Source: Alkalispirochaeta sp.
GTDB lineage: Bacteria > Spirochaetota > Spirochaetia > DSM-27196 > Alkalispirochaetaceae
Length of the DNA stretch: 64,000 nt
Assembly: GCA_965601925.1 (NCBI GenBank)
Contig: OZ271854.1
Location: 3,616,001 to 3,680,000 of the forward strand
Reading direction: 5' to 3'
Numbering within the stretch: position 1 is the first letter of the stretch; each line of letters starts with the position of its first letter. The notes under the pieces are model-generated. The model had not been told where the DNA came from. It saw only the letters and a list, made by a program, of their open reading frames with translations, and ran no database searches. Below are positions 28,500 through 43,289 of this stretch, in pieces. The position numbers and the translations under genes were made by a program.

Positions 28500-30102
28500 G
28501 TACCGCGCGCGCACGGCACCGCTTCGTGCCGTCGCGTGGGTTTTCGGGGCGAGTTGCCTCGCGCTCGTCTCCACGACGGTGTTCTCCGAGTCGGTCGAAT
28601 CAACCCCTCTTTCCGTCGATCCGGTTCCGGGGAGGGATACGGGTGATCCGGCCGGGGGGACCGCCGTCGATGAACTGCATCGTAGAATCGCGATCTCTCT
28701 GGTAGAAGAGGCGATCGCCCTCGGTTTCGACTCCGAGTACCGTGTCATGCCGGAGGCGGAGGATACCGTCACATCGCTTCTCTCTCGTGCACACGCGTTG
28801 GATCCACTTCTCGCGGACGCCTCCTTTCTCCTCTCGCAACTGGCGGCGCCGAATCGTCGTGTAACGAGGCGACGCGAGCGTCTGTTGAACGAGGCTCTTA
28901 GAGGCGATCTCGCCGTCATTGAAAGGGAAGCCGTCGTCGAGTCCGCCGCGGAGTTGTACCTACAGCAGGGACGCGGTCGCGAAGCGCTGGCTCTCATCGA
29001 CGGAGAGTTTCGCGATCGAGTAGGAATGTCACCGGTTATGACGCTTTTTCCCGCCGTCGATGCGCCCGATATAGGGCCTCCTCGCGCGGCTGCGGACGTC
29101 GCGCCGAGTCGGCTGCACCATCTGCATCTGCGAGCTCTTCTGACGGTCGGGCCGCGGTGGTACTCGAGCGACTATCTCCGGCGACTGTATAACCGCTTCC
29201 CGGAAGATCGGGAGATGGGCCGTATCTGGTGGGAGCGTCAGAATCGGGTCTCGCTGGGGTTTCTCGAGTGGCTTGAGGCGACCGAGCGCAGTGGCGGAGC
29301 GGTGTCGCCGACCGTGTATCTTCACGCTGCGCGGCACGCTCCCGACCCTCTCCTGGGCGAGTTTACGCGTCGCTACTACGAGGCGGGCGGGACCGATACG
29401 CTCCCGGCGGCCTTAATGCTCGTTGCGGGAGACCGCTTTGTCGATCCGCAATACGCGGCGTCGATCGATGATCGTGCAATCGAGGCTTTTTTCTTTTCCG
29501 ACAAGACCATTTGGGAGGCGGCGTACGGCGAGGCAAACGGTGTTCGCGGCGCTCTCGCCGCGGCCGTCGTGCCGTTCTTCGAATCCATCGGGGGCGATCT
29601 CGAAAGCGAAACAACGCTCACCGTAGATGAGGATCGCGATCTCTTTTGGGAGGAACGCTATACCTTTCGCGGCGGAGTACTCGCCGCGTGGCAGATCGAT
29701 CAGGATAGGAACGGATACGTCGATGCGGCGGTGGTGTTTTCGCCGCGAGGGATACGGATACTTATCGCCGACGACGGCGTATACCACATTGTTGAATACT
29801 CCTCGTATCCGCTTGTAAGATCGATAATGCGTCTCGCGGGCGGCGATGCGGTCGTCTGGACGTCGGGCCGACCCGTCGCCTTTGACGCCGGTCTCCGCGT
29901 CGTCGCGGGCCAAACGGTCATCGCGCCGGATCGCGAATCGACTCTCCCGATATGGGAGACTCTCGGCGGACGTGTTAGGCTGGAAGAGGGAGTTGTCGGG
30001 CGATTTGCCCGCCAGCTCGGTGCCGACGACGCCAGAGTTATGAACGACGAAGAACGTGCGTCGGCGATGGCGTTGCTTTCGGAATGGGAGTTGATGCAAT
30101 GA
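28471..30102 (+). CDS. Exported hypothetical protein
   Basis: 543-aa ORF with signal-like hydrophobic segment, helical N-half and D.D.DG-like motifs; overlaps both neighbours. Confidence 0.7.
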   Translation: MIRSPANSRKYRARTAPLRAVAWVFGASCLALVSTTVFSESVESTPLSVDPVPGRDTGDPAGGTAVDELHRRIAISLVEEAIALGFDSEYRVMPEAEDTVTSLLSRAHALDPLLADASFLLSQLAAPNRRVTRRRERLLNEALRGDLAVIEREAVVESAAELYLQQGRGREALALIDGEFRDRVGMSPVMTLFPAVDAPDIGPPRAAADVAPSRLHHLHLRALLTVGPRWYSSDYLRRLYNRFPEDREMGRIWWERQNRVSLGFLEWLEATERSGGAVSPTVYLHAARHAPDPLLGEFTRRYYEAGGTDTLPAALMLVAGDRFVDPQYAASIDDRAIEAFFFSDKTIWEAAYGEANGVRGALAAAVVPFFESIGGDLESETTLTVDEDRDLFWEERYTFRGGVLAAWQIDQDRNGYVDAAVVFSPRGIRILIADDGVYHIVEYSSYPLVRSIMRLAGGDAVVWTSGRPVAFDAGLRVVAGQTVIAPDRESTLPIWETLGGRVRLEEGVVGRFARQLGADDARVMNDEERASAMALLSEWELMQ

Positions 30103-31937
30103 ATGATATTCGTTTTGACGGAGTGAAAAAAGCACCGATACTCGTTGCGGTACTCCTGTTGGCCGCGTGCGTAACGATCGAAGAGAACCCCGACGAACCG
30201 TTTACACGGAGCTCTCGTCTTATCGAAGCGATCGATCGCGCGGGGGAGGCCGATGAGGTCGGCCGAGTAGTGAACCTCGTATCCTACGGCTTTGAGACGG
30301 GGTTGCTCGACAGAGGTGAGGCGATAGGCTACTTCGATCGAACGGTGACGACGTTCCGCGAGCGTTACGATCGCGGCATTGCCGAGCGAGACTTTCGATC
30401 CGCCATTCGGGCGGAGCAGAATCTGCGTGTTCTCGCCGAGAACCGTATCGACTCGGCGTCGATCGTTCCGTTGGACGGGCTTCGATCGCGTGACGATCTC
30501 CTTTTCGAGTGGTCTCAGGCGGAGCTTGCTCGCGGTGAGGTGGTACTGGGTCTGTATCTCATGTTGCGCCGGTCGACCCTCGGCGATCTTCGCGGGCAGG
30601 TGCTGCGCGACTACATCGATATCGCCCGCGAGCTCAACCACGACGAGGCGTTGCGTCGTCTCCTGCGCGTCGCCGAGCAGCGCGGGCTGGACGTTGCGCC
30701 GCCGGGCGGGGCGCTCGATACTCCCGCCGATCGACCCTCCGATATGTTGGCGGGAACGGTAACGATATGGGTCAACCGGGGCATTCGTATTCAAAGTGGC
30801 GTCGGTGTTCCCGATCGAGTCATCGGAAGCGGTTTTTTCGTCGATCCCCGCGGATATCTCATTACCAACTATCACGTAATCTCCAGCGAGGTCGACCCCG
30901 AGTACGAAGGGTTCTCTCGACTGTTCATTAAGCTTCCGGGACGTCCCGACGAGCGCGTTCCGGCGCGCGTGATCGGCTACGACCGTATCTTCGACCTCGC
31001 TCTGCTGAAGGTCGAAATCGACCCCGCGTACGTCTTTTCCCTGAGCGACACTCGCGAGTTGGAGCCGGGGGAGGCGGTCCTTGCCTTGGGATCTCCGGGA
31101 GGGCTCGACAGCACGATTACCTCCGGAATCGTCTCGGCGTCGGGGCGACGCTTTCTGCAGATGGGCGAGGCAGTGCAAGTGGACGTACCGATCAACCCCG
31201 GCAACAGCGGCGGGCCGTTAATACTTCCCGACGGCCAGGTAGCGGGCATCGTGTTCGCCGGTATCGAGCAGTTTGAGGGAGTGAACTTCGCGATCCCGTC
31301 TTACTGGGTGCGACACTTCTTTCCGCGCCTCTATGAGCCGGGCGAGGTCGTCCACGCGTGGCTCGGAGCGGCGGTCCAACCGACGAGCGACGGCCTGGAG
31401 GTCGTATACGTTGCGCCGGGCTCCCCCGCGGCCGATGTCGGCGTTGGCGCGGGCGATATTTTGGTCGAACTCATGGGAACGCGAGTCTCGGACATCGCCT
31501 CGGCGCAGGACATTCTTCTCTCTCTCGAGCCCGACCACATCGTCGACTCAGTATGGCGCGCTCAGGGTGCCGCCGGACCGTCGCTGGATACGACACGTAG
31601 ACTGATTGCCCTCGCCGAACGGCCCTTCAGCCCCGTGGAGGACGCCTTGGAGCAACAGCCGATCGAGTCACTCTTTCCGGTCCTCTTCGGGATGAACGTC
31701 GACCAGGTGTCGGGCGCCCCGTGGGGACCGGACTATATCATTACGGAGGTGCTTCCGGGTTCGATCGCCGACGAGTCGAGCCTTTCGGTCGATGATCCCT
31801 TCGCCCTAAGGAACTGGCGCGTCGATCGAGATCTGCGCGCCGCCTTCATCCAAATAATCATTCGTCGACGCAAGGCCGGCTTCCTCGAGTCCGGAGTGCA
31901 GCTCGGCGCTTATTTGGAGACCGATCGTTTCATCTAA
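30099..31937 (+). CDS. Trypsin-like (HtrA/S1C) serine protease with PDZ domains, lipoprotein
   Basis: Lipobox LAAC; GSGF, TNYHV, DLALLK, GNSGGP; PDZ GSPAA..G...GD. Confidence 0.92.
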   Translation: MNDIRFDGVKKAPILVAVLLLAACVTIEENPDEPFTRSSRLIEAIDRAGEADEVGRVVNLVSYGFETGLLDRGEAIGYFDRTVTTFRERYDRGIAERDFRSAIRAEQNLRVLAENRIDSASIVPLDGLRSRDDLLFEWSQAELARGEVVLGLYLMLRRSTLGDLRGQVLRDYIDIARELNHDEALRRLLRVAEQRGLDVAPPGGALDTPADRPSDMLAGTVTIWVNRGIRIQSGVGVPDRVIGSGFFVDPRGYLITNYHVISSEVDPEYEGFSRLFIKLPGRPDERVPARVIGYDRIFDLALLKVEIDPAYVFSLSDTRELEPGEAVLALGSPGGLDSTITSGIVSASGRRFLQMGEAVQVDVPINPGNSGGPLILPDGQVAGIVFAGIEQFEGVNFAIPSYWVRHFFPRLYEPGEVVHAWLGAAVQPTSDGLEVVYVAPGSPAADVGVGAGDILVELMGTRVSDIASAQDILLSLEPDHIVDSVWRAQGAAGPSLDTTRRLIALAERPFSPVEDALEQQPIESLFPVLFGMNVDQVSGAPWGPDYIITEVLPGSIADESSLSVDDPFALRNWRVDRDLRAAFIQIIIRRRKAGFLESGVQLGAYLETDRFI

Positions 31938-32102
31938 TGCACCCGGAACCGGTGCAGCGCGTCGTGCGCGGGCTGTACGATCGATTCCGACATATCCGTT
32001 TCCGAAGTATCGTTTATTTGAGAAGAGACGCGGATAATTTCTACCCGTGCGTTCCGACAAAGAGTGTACTATAGTTAAACCGAGAATAAGGACGTACGCG
32101 TA

Positions 32103-32444
32103 ATGAGCACGAAAGTCAAAGTTGTGAGTCTTACCGGTGATGTCGTGCTGTCCACCGTCGAGCACCATCGCTCATCACTGCTGGAAAATTTTGAAGAAAA
32201 CGAAATCGTCTTGGTAAGCTTGAGTCAGACGAGGGAGATCGATCTCTTCGGTATCCAGCTTCTATACTCCGCAAAACGATACGCGCGACGTCAGGGTAAG
32301 GAGTTTCACCTCACCGGCTCCGTACCGGACGATGTGGCGCATCGCTTATGGGAGGCCGGTTTCACCGACGAGATCATTCACGACGGTCGGGAACTCGACA
32401 ATCGATTGCACGAGTTTTTGAAAGGAGATCCCGATCATGCTTGA
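32103..32444 (+). CDS. STAS-domain protein
   Basis: SLSQTREIDLFGIQLL matches STAS D..G.QLL; first gene of che cluster. Confidence 0.8.
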   Translation: MSTKVKVVSLTGDVVLSTVEHHRSSLLENFEENEIVLVSLSQTREIDLFGIQLLYSAKRYARRQGKEFHLTGSVPDDVAHRLWEAGFTDEIIHDGRELDNRLHEFLKGDPDHA

Positions 32445-34561
32445 TGGGTTTCAAGAGAGTTTTCGCGAAGAGGCGTTCGAGCTGCTGAACAGCCTCGAGC
32501 AGTCTCTTTTGGAGCTCGAGGCCGACCCGGCAAATCGGGAAATCGTATCCGCCGTATTTCGTTCGATGCACACGATCAAAGGGTCGGCGGCGATGTTCGG
32601 ATTCGAGGCAATCTCCGATTTTACGCATCACGTCGAGGAGATGTTCGACGACATTCGTAACGATCGCCTCTCGGTGACGCGCACCGTCATCGATCTCACC
32701 CTCGAGTCGCGCGATCATATCCGCCATATGCTCGACGAGCCGGACGATACGGCGATTCCCACGAAATCGAAGGAGCTCATCGGACTCATTCAACGCGAGA
32801 TCGATCGCGCGAGGGACGAGGAACGGGAGGCGGTGGATCCGAGCGAGTCGATGACGATCGAGGCGATCGGGCAAGAAGAGCCGCCGGAGGAGATCGTAAT
32901 CGCGCCCCCTGAGGCGCAACGTATCGAGGATATGGTGACCGCTCCGGCGACGTGGCATGTGCGATTCGCTCCGGCGGCGGATATCGCCTCCAACGGTACG
33001 AATCCGTTACTGCTTCTCGCAGAGCTACGGGACCTCGGCGAGTGTACGGTTGTGCCCAATGCCGCGGGAATCCCGACGTTGGATAGTGTAACGCTAAGCC
33101 AGACGTACGTATCGTGGGACGTGTTTCTTACCACCACCCACGGTGAGGACGCAATACGCGACATTTTCATCTTCGTCGAGGGACAATGTGATCTTTCGCT
33201 CAACCTTATCGACGAGATGGATTCTACCGGTGACGAACAATACAAACGCCTCGGGCAGATTCTCGTCGAGCGGGGCGTGGTAGACGAAGATCTTATCAAT
33301 CGCATCGTCTCAAGCCAAAAGCGTTTGGGCGAGTTGTTGATCGGGAAGGGCGTAGACGCTCACGAAATCGAGAGTGCGCTCCAAGAGCAGGAGCATATTC
33401 GTAATGTGCGTCAGAAGGCGCAAACAGAGGCGGCCGCATCGAGCATCCGCGTCCATTCGGCAAAACTCGATGATTTGGTCGATCTGGTTGGAGAGCTCGT
33501 GACGCTTCAAGCCAGGCTCACCCAAACGGCCGGAAGCCTCGGCGGCGAGCTTTCGACGATTAGCGAGAACCTTGAGCGGTTGATTGGCGAACTACGCGAC
33601 CACACCATGAGTATTCGCATGGTGCCGATCTCTACCAGTTTTACTCGTTTTCGACGCCTGATTCGCGATCTTTCGCGTGACCTCGGGAAGGAGGTTGATC
33701 TCGTCACCGAGGGCGGCGAGACCGAGCTGGACAAGACGGTCATCGACCGGCTCCACGATCCGTTGGTGCACGTGATTCGCAATAGCATCGACCACGGATT
33801 GGAGACGCCTACGGAGCGACGGGAGGCCGGCAAAGAGCCGATCGGCACCGTCACGTTGCGCGCCAGCCACGTCGGAGCAAATGTCGAGGTGCGCGTAGAA
33901 GACAACGGCCGTGGGCTCGATCGGGAGCGGATTACGCAACGCGCGATAGATCGCGGGTTGATATCGAAGGACACTCAGCTGACCGAAAGCGACGTGTTCG
34001 ATCTCATTTTTGCCGCCGGTTTTTCGACCGCCGACGCCGTCACGACCGTCTCGGGGCGCGGTGTCGGAATGGACGTCGTGCGCAAAGAGATCGAACACAT
34101 CGGCGGGACGGTGAAGCTCGAATCCCGTCAAGGCGAGGGAACCGCGGTGGTCATGTCGATTCCGCTAACGCTGGCCATCATCGACGGGCTCTTGGTACGC
34201 ATCGGCGGGGAACGGTTCGTCATTCCCCTTTCCAACGTCGAAGAGTGCATCGAGTATCATCGCAACCGGGAGACTACCGGCGTCGTCGCCAACAGGGGCG
34301 ATCTGCTTCCTATTATCGAGCTTCGACGCGAGTTCGGAATAGAGGGCGAGCCGCCGGCCATCGAACAAGCCGTCGTCGTGCGCACCGGAATCGGTGTCGT
34401 CGGGTATATCGTCGATACGGTGATCGGCGATCACCAAACGGTCATCAAGAATCTCGGTAGGGTATACCACAACATCGACGGCGTCAGCGGAGCAACGATC
34501 CTCGGCGACGGTAACGTCGCGCTTATTCTCGATACCCAACGTCTTGCGGCGGGGAAAGGCC

Positions 34562-34581
<20 letters not shown>
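32437..34581 (+). CDS. cheA: Chemotaxis histidine kinase
   Basis: FRSMHTIKGSA Hpt, VGELV, IRNSIDHG, GFSTA, SGRGVGMDVV, PLTLAI, CheW-like P5. Confidence 0.98.
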
Positions 34582-39102
<4,521 letters not shown>

Positions 39103-39106
<4 letters not shown>

Positions 39107-39528
39107 GCGGAGTGAAGAGAATTCGTGTACTGATAGTAGAGGACGATTTCGGCAGCCGGCGCTTCCTGCAGATCGTCTTGAAGGATCGCGCGCGGTGCGA
39201 TGTGGTAGTGGACGGGCAGGAGGCGATCGAGGCGGTGGGTCTCGCGTGGGAGGAGAATGATCCGTACTCGCTGATTCTTCTCGATATCATGATGCCGAAC
39301 TTGGACGGTCAGACGGCGCTCAAAGAGATTAGAAAGATCGAAGAGAAGATCGGAGTGCAGCCGACCGACCAGGTAAAAGTCGTGATGACGACCGCCTTGG
39401 AGGATCCGAAGAACGTCGTGGAGGCGTATCACAAAGGCGGCGCCGACGCATACTTGGTCAAACCGATCGATCGCGAGAAACTGTTCCATATCATCGAAGA
39501 CGTGGGACTGCGCCTTGGCGGAGCGTGA
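39103..39528 (+). CDS. Single-domain response regulator
   Basis: VEDD, LDIMMP, TTA, KPI. Confidence 0.93.
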
Positions 39529-41440
39529 TTCCGACGCCCGGCAGGAAATCCTTATCGTCGAGGACGAACGGCTCATAGCGCTGGAGATCAAGTTCCATCT
39601 GAAGCGGTGGGGCTACGGGATCGCCGCGGAGTTTTCGTCCGGCGAGGACGCTCTCGAGTTTCTGGCGCAGCGACACGAGGAGGGCGCGCTGCCCAGCCTC
39701 GTCCTGATGGATATTCAGCTTTCCGGGGAGATGGACGGCGTCGGCGCGGCCATTGTCGCTCGCGAGCGCTTTGCTCTGCCGGTGGTCGTACTGACCGCGT
39801 ACGCCGATGAGAAGACTCTCGATCGCGCAAAACTCTCAGAGCCGTACGCCTATATCATAAAGCCGATCAACGAACGGGAGCTCAAGACGGCCCTTGTGCT
39901 TGCCCTGTATCGCAACCGGATGGAGCGCGCGATTCGGTCGCGAGAGCGATTGCTCTCGGGAATCCTCGCCTCGATACATAGCGGCGTCGTTCTCAGCGAC
40001 GCGGACGGCGCCATTCAATATGCAAACCGGCGCGCCGATACGATTCTAAACCGGAGTGTGGCGGAGGCGGCGTCGATCGATGGACTCTTTCCCACGGAGC
40101 TGCGAGACGCGGCGCTATCGTCGCCGCATCCGGTCGTTTACCATCCGGAGTCCGGACCGGGACGCACCGTGGAGGTCGTCGCGGCCGTAATCGGTAGCGA
40201 CGGTAAAGAGGCGCCCGTGGAGCAGGTCGTGTGGGTACTCGAGGACATCACCGCGCGTATCGACAGCGAAAAGAAGCTACGACAAAAAGACGAGCAGCTC
40301 GCCCACGCCAGCCGTATGGACGCCGTGGGTCGTATGTCCGGCGGACTCGCTCACGATTTCAGTAATCTGATGACGGTGATCATGGGGTGCACGCGACTGA
40401 TTATCGACGACCTTGAGACGTACCCTGAGCTCGCGAGTATCGAGAAGAATATCGCCGAGATCAACAGAACGGCGCGACGGTCCGCCACGCTCATCCGGCA
40501 GTTGTTGGCATTCAGTCGGGTGACGCACGTCGAGCCGCAGCGGTTGGTGCCCGATACGGTGATCTCCGAGATGCGGACGATGATCGACGGACTCGTTCCG
40601 GAGGATATCGATCTGCAGATACAGACCCGCGCTACGGCCGCGACTGTACACATCGACCGCTCCCGGATGGAGCAAATCGTGCTCAATCTCGTACTTAATG
40701 CGCGCGACGCCATGCCTTTAGGCGGTTCCATCGGCGTCTCCACCAGGCGCATCGAACTCGCGGACGACGTTCCCACTCTCGTCCGCGACTTGCGGGCCGG
40801 GTCGTACTTTCTATTGCGCGTCTCCGACAACGGCGAGGGGATACGCCCTGAGGATCTGCCGTACGTATTCGAGCCCTTTTTTACCACCAAAGAGTCCGAA
40901 CTCGGCAGCGGGTTCGGTCTGGCGACCGTATACTCAGCCGTCGACGAGGGCGGCGGAGGCATCGACGTGTCCAGCACCCTCGGTCAAGGAAGCACGTTCA
41001 GCATCTACCTTCCCGACTTCGGCCCCCCAAACGAGAGTCCCGTTGCGTCGTCTCCGCAGAGCTCCACGGTCCGCGGAGACGAAATGGTTCTGGTCGTTCA
41101 GGAGGAGGAGGTGATGCGGAGCGTAATCGGGACGATACTCCGATCGCACGGATTTGCCCCCGTCGTCGCCCGATCGGTGGGCGAAGGCCTCCTTCTGTTG
41201 GAGAAGTTCGCCCGCATTGAGGCGATCATCAGCGATCTATCGGCGCCCTTCTTCTCCGCCGCCGAAATCGTCCGGCGTTACAGACGCCGATCGAGTAACG
41301 ACATTGCGATCATACTCGCGACGGGCCGAGCCGCCGGACCATCGGGCGGGCAAGATGCGACGTTGATGAAACCCTTCGAGCCCGAAGAGTTGCTGGATAC
41401 GTTGAGAGATTCTCTCGACCGACGTAAGCAACAAGGTTGA
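39515..41440 (+). CDS. Cytoplasmic hybrid histidine kinase (REC-PAS-HisKA-HATPase-REC, CckA-like core)
   Basis: LMDI; AHDFSN; NARDAM; FEPFFTTK; G.GFGL; atypical C-terminal REC. Confidence 0.92.
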   Translation: MAERDSDARQEILIVEDERLIALEIKFHLKRWGYGIAAEFSSGEDALEFLAQRHEEGALPSLVLMDIQLSGEMDGVGAAIVARERFALPVVVLTAYADEKTLDRAKLSEPYAYIIKPINERELKTALVLALYRNRMERAIRSRERLLSGILASIHSGVVLSDADGAIQYANRRADTILNRSVAEAASIDGLFPTELRDAALSSPHPVVYHPESGPGRTVEVVAAVIGSDGKEAPVEQVVWVLEDITARIDSEKKLRQKDEQLAHASRMDAVGRMSGGLAHDFSNLMTVIMGCTRLIIDDLETYPELASIEKNIAEINRTARRSATLIRQLLAFSRVTHVEPQRLVPDTVISEMRTMIDGLVPEDIDLQIQTRATAATVHIDRSRMEQIVLNLVLNARDAMPLGGSIGVSTRRIELADDVPTLVRDLRAGSYFLLRVSDNGEGIRPEDLPYVFEPFFTTKESELGSGFGLATVYSAVDEGGGGIDVSSTLGQGSTFSIYLPDFGPPNESPVASSPQSSTVRGDEMVLVVQEEEVMRSVIGTILRSHGFAPVVARSVGEGLLLLEKFARIEAIISDLSAPFFSAAEIVRRYRRRSSNDIAIILATGRAAGPSGGQDATLMKPFEPEELLDTLRDSLDRRKQQG

Positions 41441-41474
41441 AACGTACGGATACTCCGTAGTACAACTGCCCCTC

Positions 41475-43289
41475 ATGAGTGATACTCCGAGAACACGGCG
41501 AACGCGAAACTTCTGCATTATCGCGCACATCGACCACGGAAAGTCGACGTTGGCCGATCGCTTCATTCAACGCTCCGAGATCGTCGGCGATCGCGACTTT
41601 CACGATCAGCTTCTCGATTCCATGGATATCGAGCGCGAGCGGGGAATCACCATCAAAAGCCAAGCGGTGACACTCCCAATGGAGATCGGAGGCGACGAGT
41701 ATCGCCTCAATCTCGTCGATACTCCCGGTCACGTCGATTTCTCCTACGAGGTGAGCCGCGCGATCTCCTCGTGCGAGGGAGCGATTCTCCTGGTCGACGC
41801 AGCTCAAGGCGTCGAGGCGCAAACCTTGAGCAACCTCTATCTTGCCCTGGAGCACGACCTCGAAATCATTCCCACGATCAATAAGATCGACCTGCCGGCG
41901 GCGGATGTGGATCGGTGTCTGCATCAAATAGAGCACGATTTGGGACTCGATCCGACCGAGGCCGTACAAGTAAGCGGAAAGACCGGATTCGGTGTCGAGG
42001 ATCTCCTGAGCGTACTCGTGGATCGTATTCCTCCTCCCTCCGGCGACCCCGAGGCGCCGCTGCGGGCGCTGGTGTTCGACAGCCACTACGATCCGTACCG
42101 CGGCGTCATCGTTCATATTCGCGTCTTCGATGGAAGTATCCGCACCGGCGATACGATCGAAATGTGGTCGAACGGTGCCCGCTACGACGTAGAAGAGGCG
42201 GGACGGTTCAAGATTAAACTCGACCGGACCGACGAACTTGAGGCGGGCGACGTGGGATACATCATCGCGGGGATCAAGACGATCCGCGACGTGCGAGTCG
42301 GCGATACGGTGACGCGTCCCGATAATCGGTGTGACGCTCCGTTGCCGGGGTTCCGCGAGGTCAAGCCGGTGGTCTTTTCATCGATTTATCCGGTCGATAC
42401 CAACGAGTATCCGGAGCTGGTGCGCGCCATGGACAAGCTGAAGCTCAACGACGCCTCCCTCGTTTTCGAAAAAGACAACTCCGCGGCGCTCGGATTCGGA
42501 TTTCGGTGCGGGTTTCTCGGTATGCTGCACCTCGAGGTCGTACAGGAGCGGTTGGAGCGCGAGTTCGATTTGAATCTCGTGCTGACCGCACCATCGGTGC
42601 AGTATCGAGTCGAGTTTCCGAACGGTGAGACGACGCTCGTAAACAATCCGTTGGAGTATCCCGAGCCGGGTACGATGCAGCAGACCTACGAGCCGTACAT
42701 TAAAGCTTCGATCATCACCCCGGACAGCTATCTCGGACCGATGATGACACTATGCAATGAGAAGCGCGGCATTCAGAAGGATATGGTGTACCTGGATACC
42801 TCGCGTGTCGAGCTGATATTCGAGATGCCGCTCTCGGAGGTGCTCTTCGATTTTTACGACAATCTCAAATCGCTTTCGCGGGGTTACGCCTCCTTCGACT
42901 ATGACATGATCGATTACCGACCGGTGGACCTCGTGCGTCTCGATATCCTCGTAAACGGCAAACCGGTAGACGCTCTCTCGATGCTCTGCTATCGCGGAAA
43001 CGCCGAGATGCGGGCGAGAGCGGCGTGCAAGCAGCTGAGAAAAGAGATCCCCCGTCACCAGTTCAAGATTCCCATTCAGGGGGCGATCGGCGGAAAAGTT
43101 ATCGCGCGCGAGACGATCTCTGCACTGCGAAAGGACGTTACCGCCAAATGTTACGGAGGCGATATCAGCCGTAAGCGCAAGCTTCTGGAGAAACAGAAAG
43201 AGGGCAAGAAGCGTATGAAGACGGTGGGAAACGTCGAACTCCCGCAGTCCGCTTTTCTCTCGGTGCTCAAAGGGTCGCCCGAGGAGTAA
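41475..43289 (+). CDS. lepA: Elongation factor 4
   Basis: IAHIDHGKSTLAD, ERGITIK, DTPGH, NKID, KCYGGD.SRKRKLL. Confidence 0.98.
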   Translation: MSDTPRTRRTRNFCIIAHIDHGKSTLADRFIQRSEIVGDRDFHDQLLDSMDIERERGITIKSQAVTLPMEIGGDEYRLNLVDTPGHVDFSYEVSRAISSCEGAILLVDAAQGVEAQTLSNLYLALEHDLEIIPTINKIDLPAADVDRCLHQIEHDLGLDPTEAVQVSGKTGFGVEDLLSVLVDRIPPPSGDPEAPLRALVFDSHYDPYRGVIVHIRVFDGSIRTGDTIEMWSNGARYDVEEAGRFKIKLDRTDELEAGDVGYIIAGIKTIRDVRVGDTVTRPDNRCDAPLPGFREVKPVVFSSIYPVDTNEYPELVRAMDKLKLNDASLVFEKDNSAALGFGFRCGFLGMLHLEVVQERLEREFDLNLVLTAPSVQYRVEFPNGETTLVNNPLEYPEPGTMQQTYEPYIKASIITPDSYLGPMMTLCNEKRGIQKDMVYLDTSRVELIFEMPLSEVLFDFYDNLKSLSRGYASFDYDMIDYRPVDLVRLDILVNGKPVDALSMLCYRGNAEMRARAACKQLRKEIPRHQFKIPIQGAIGGKVIARETISALRKDVTAKCYGGDISRKRKLLEKQKEGKKRMKTVGNVELPQSAFLSVLKGSPEE

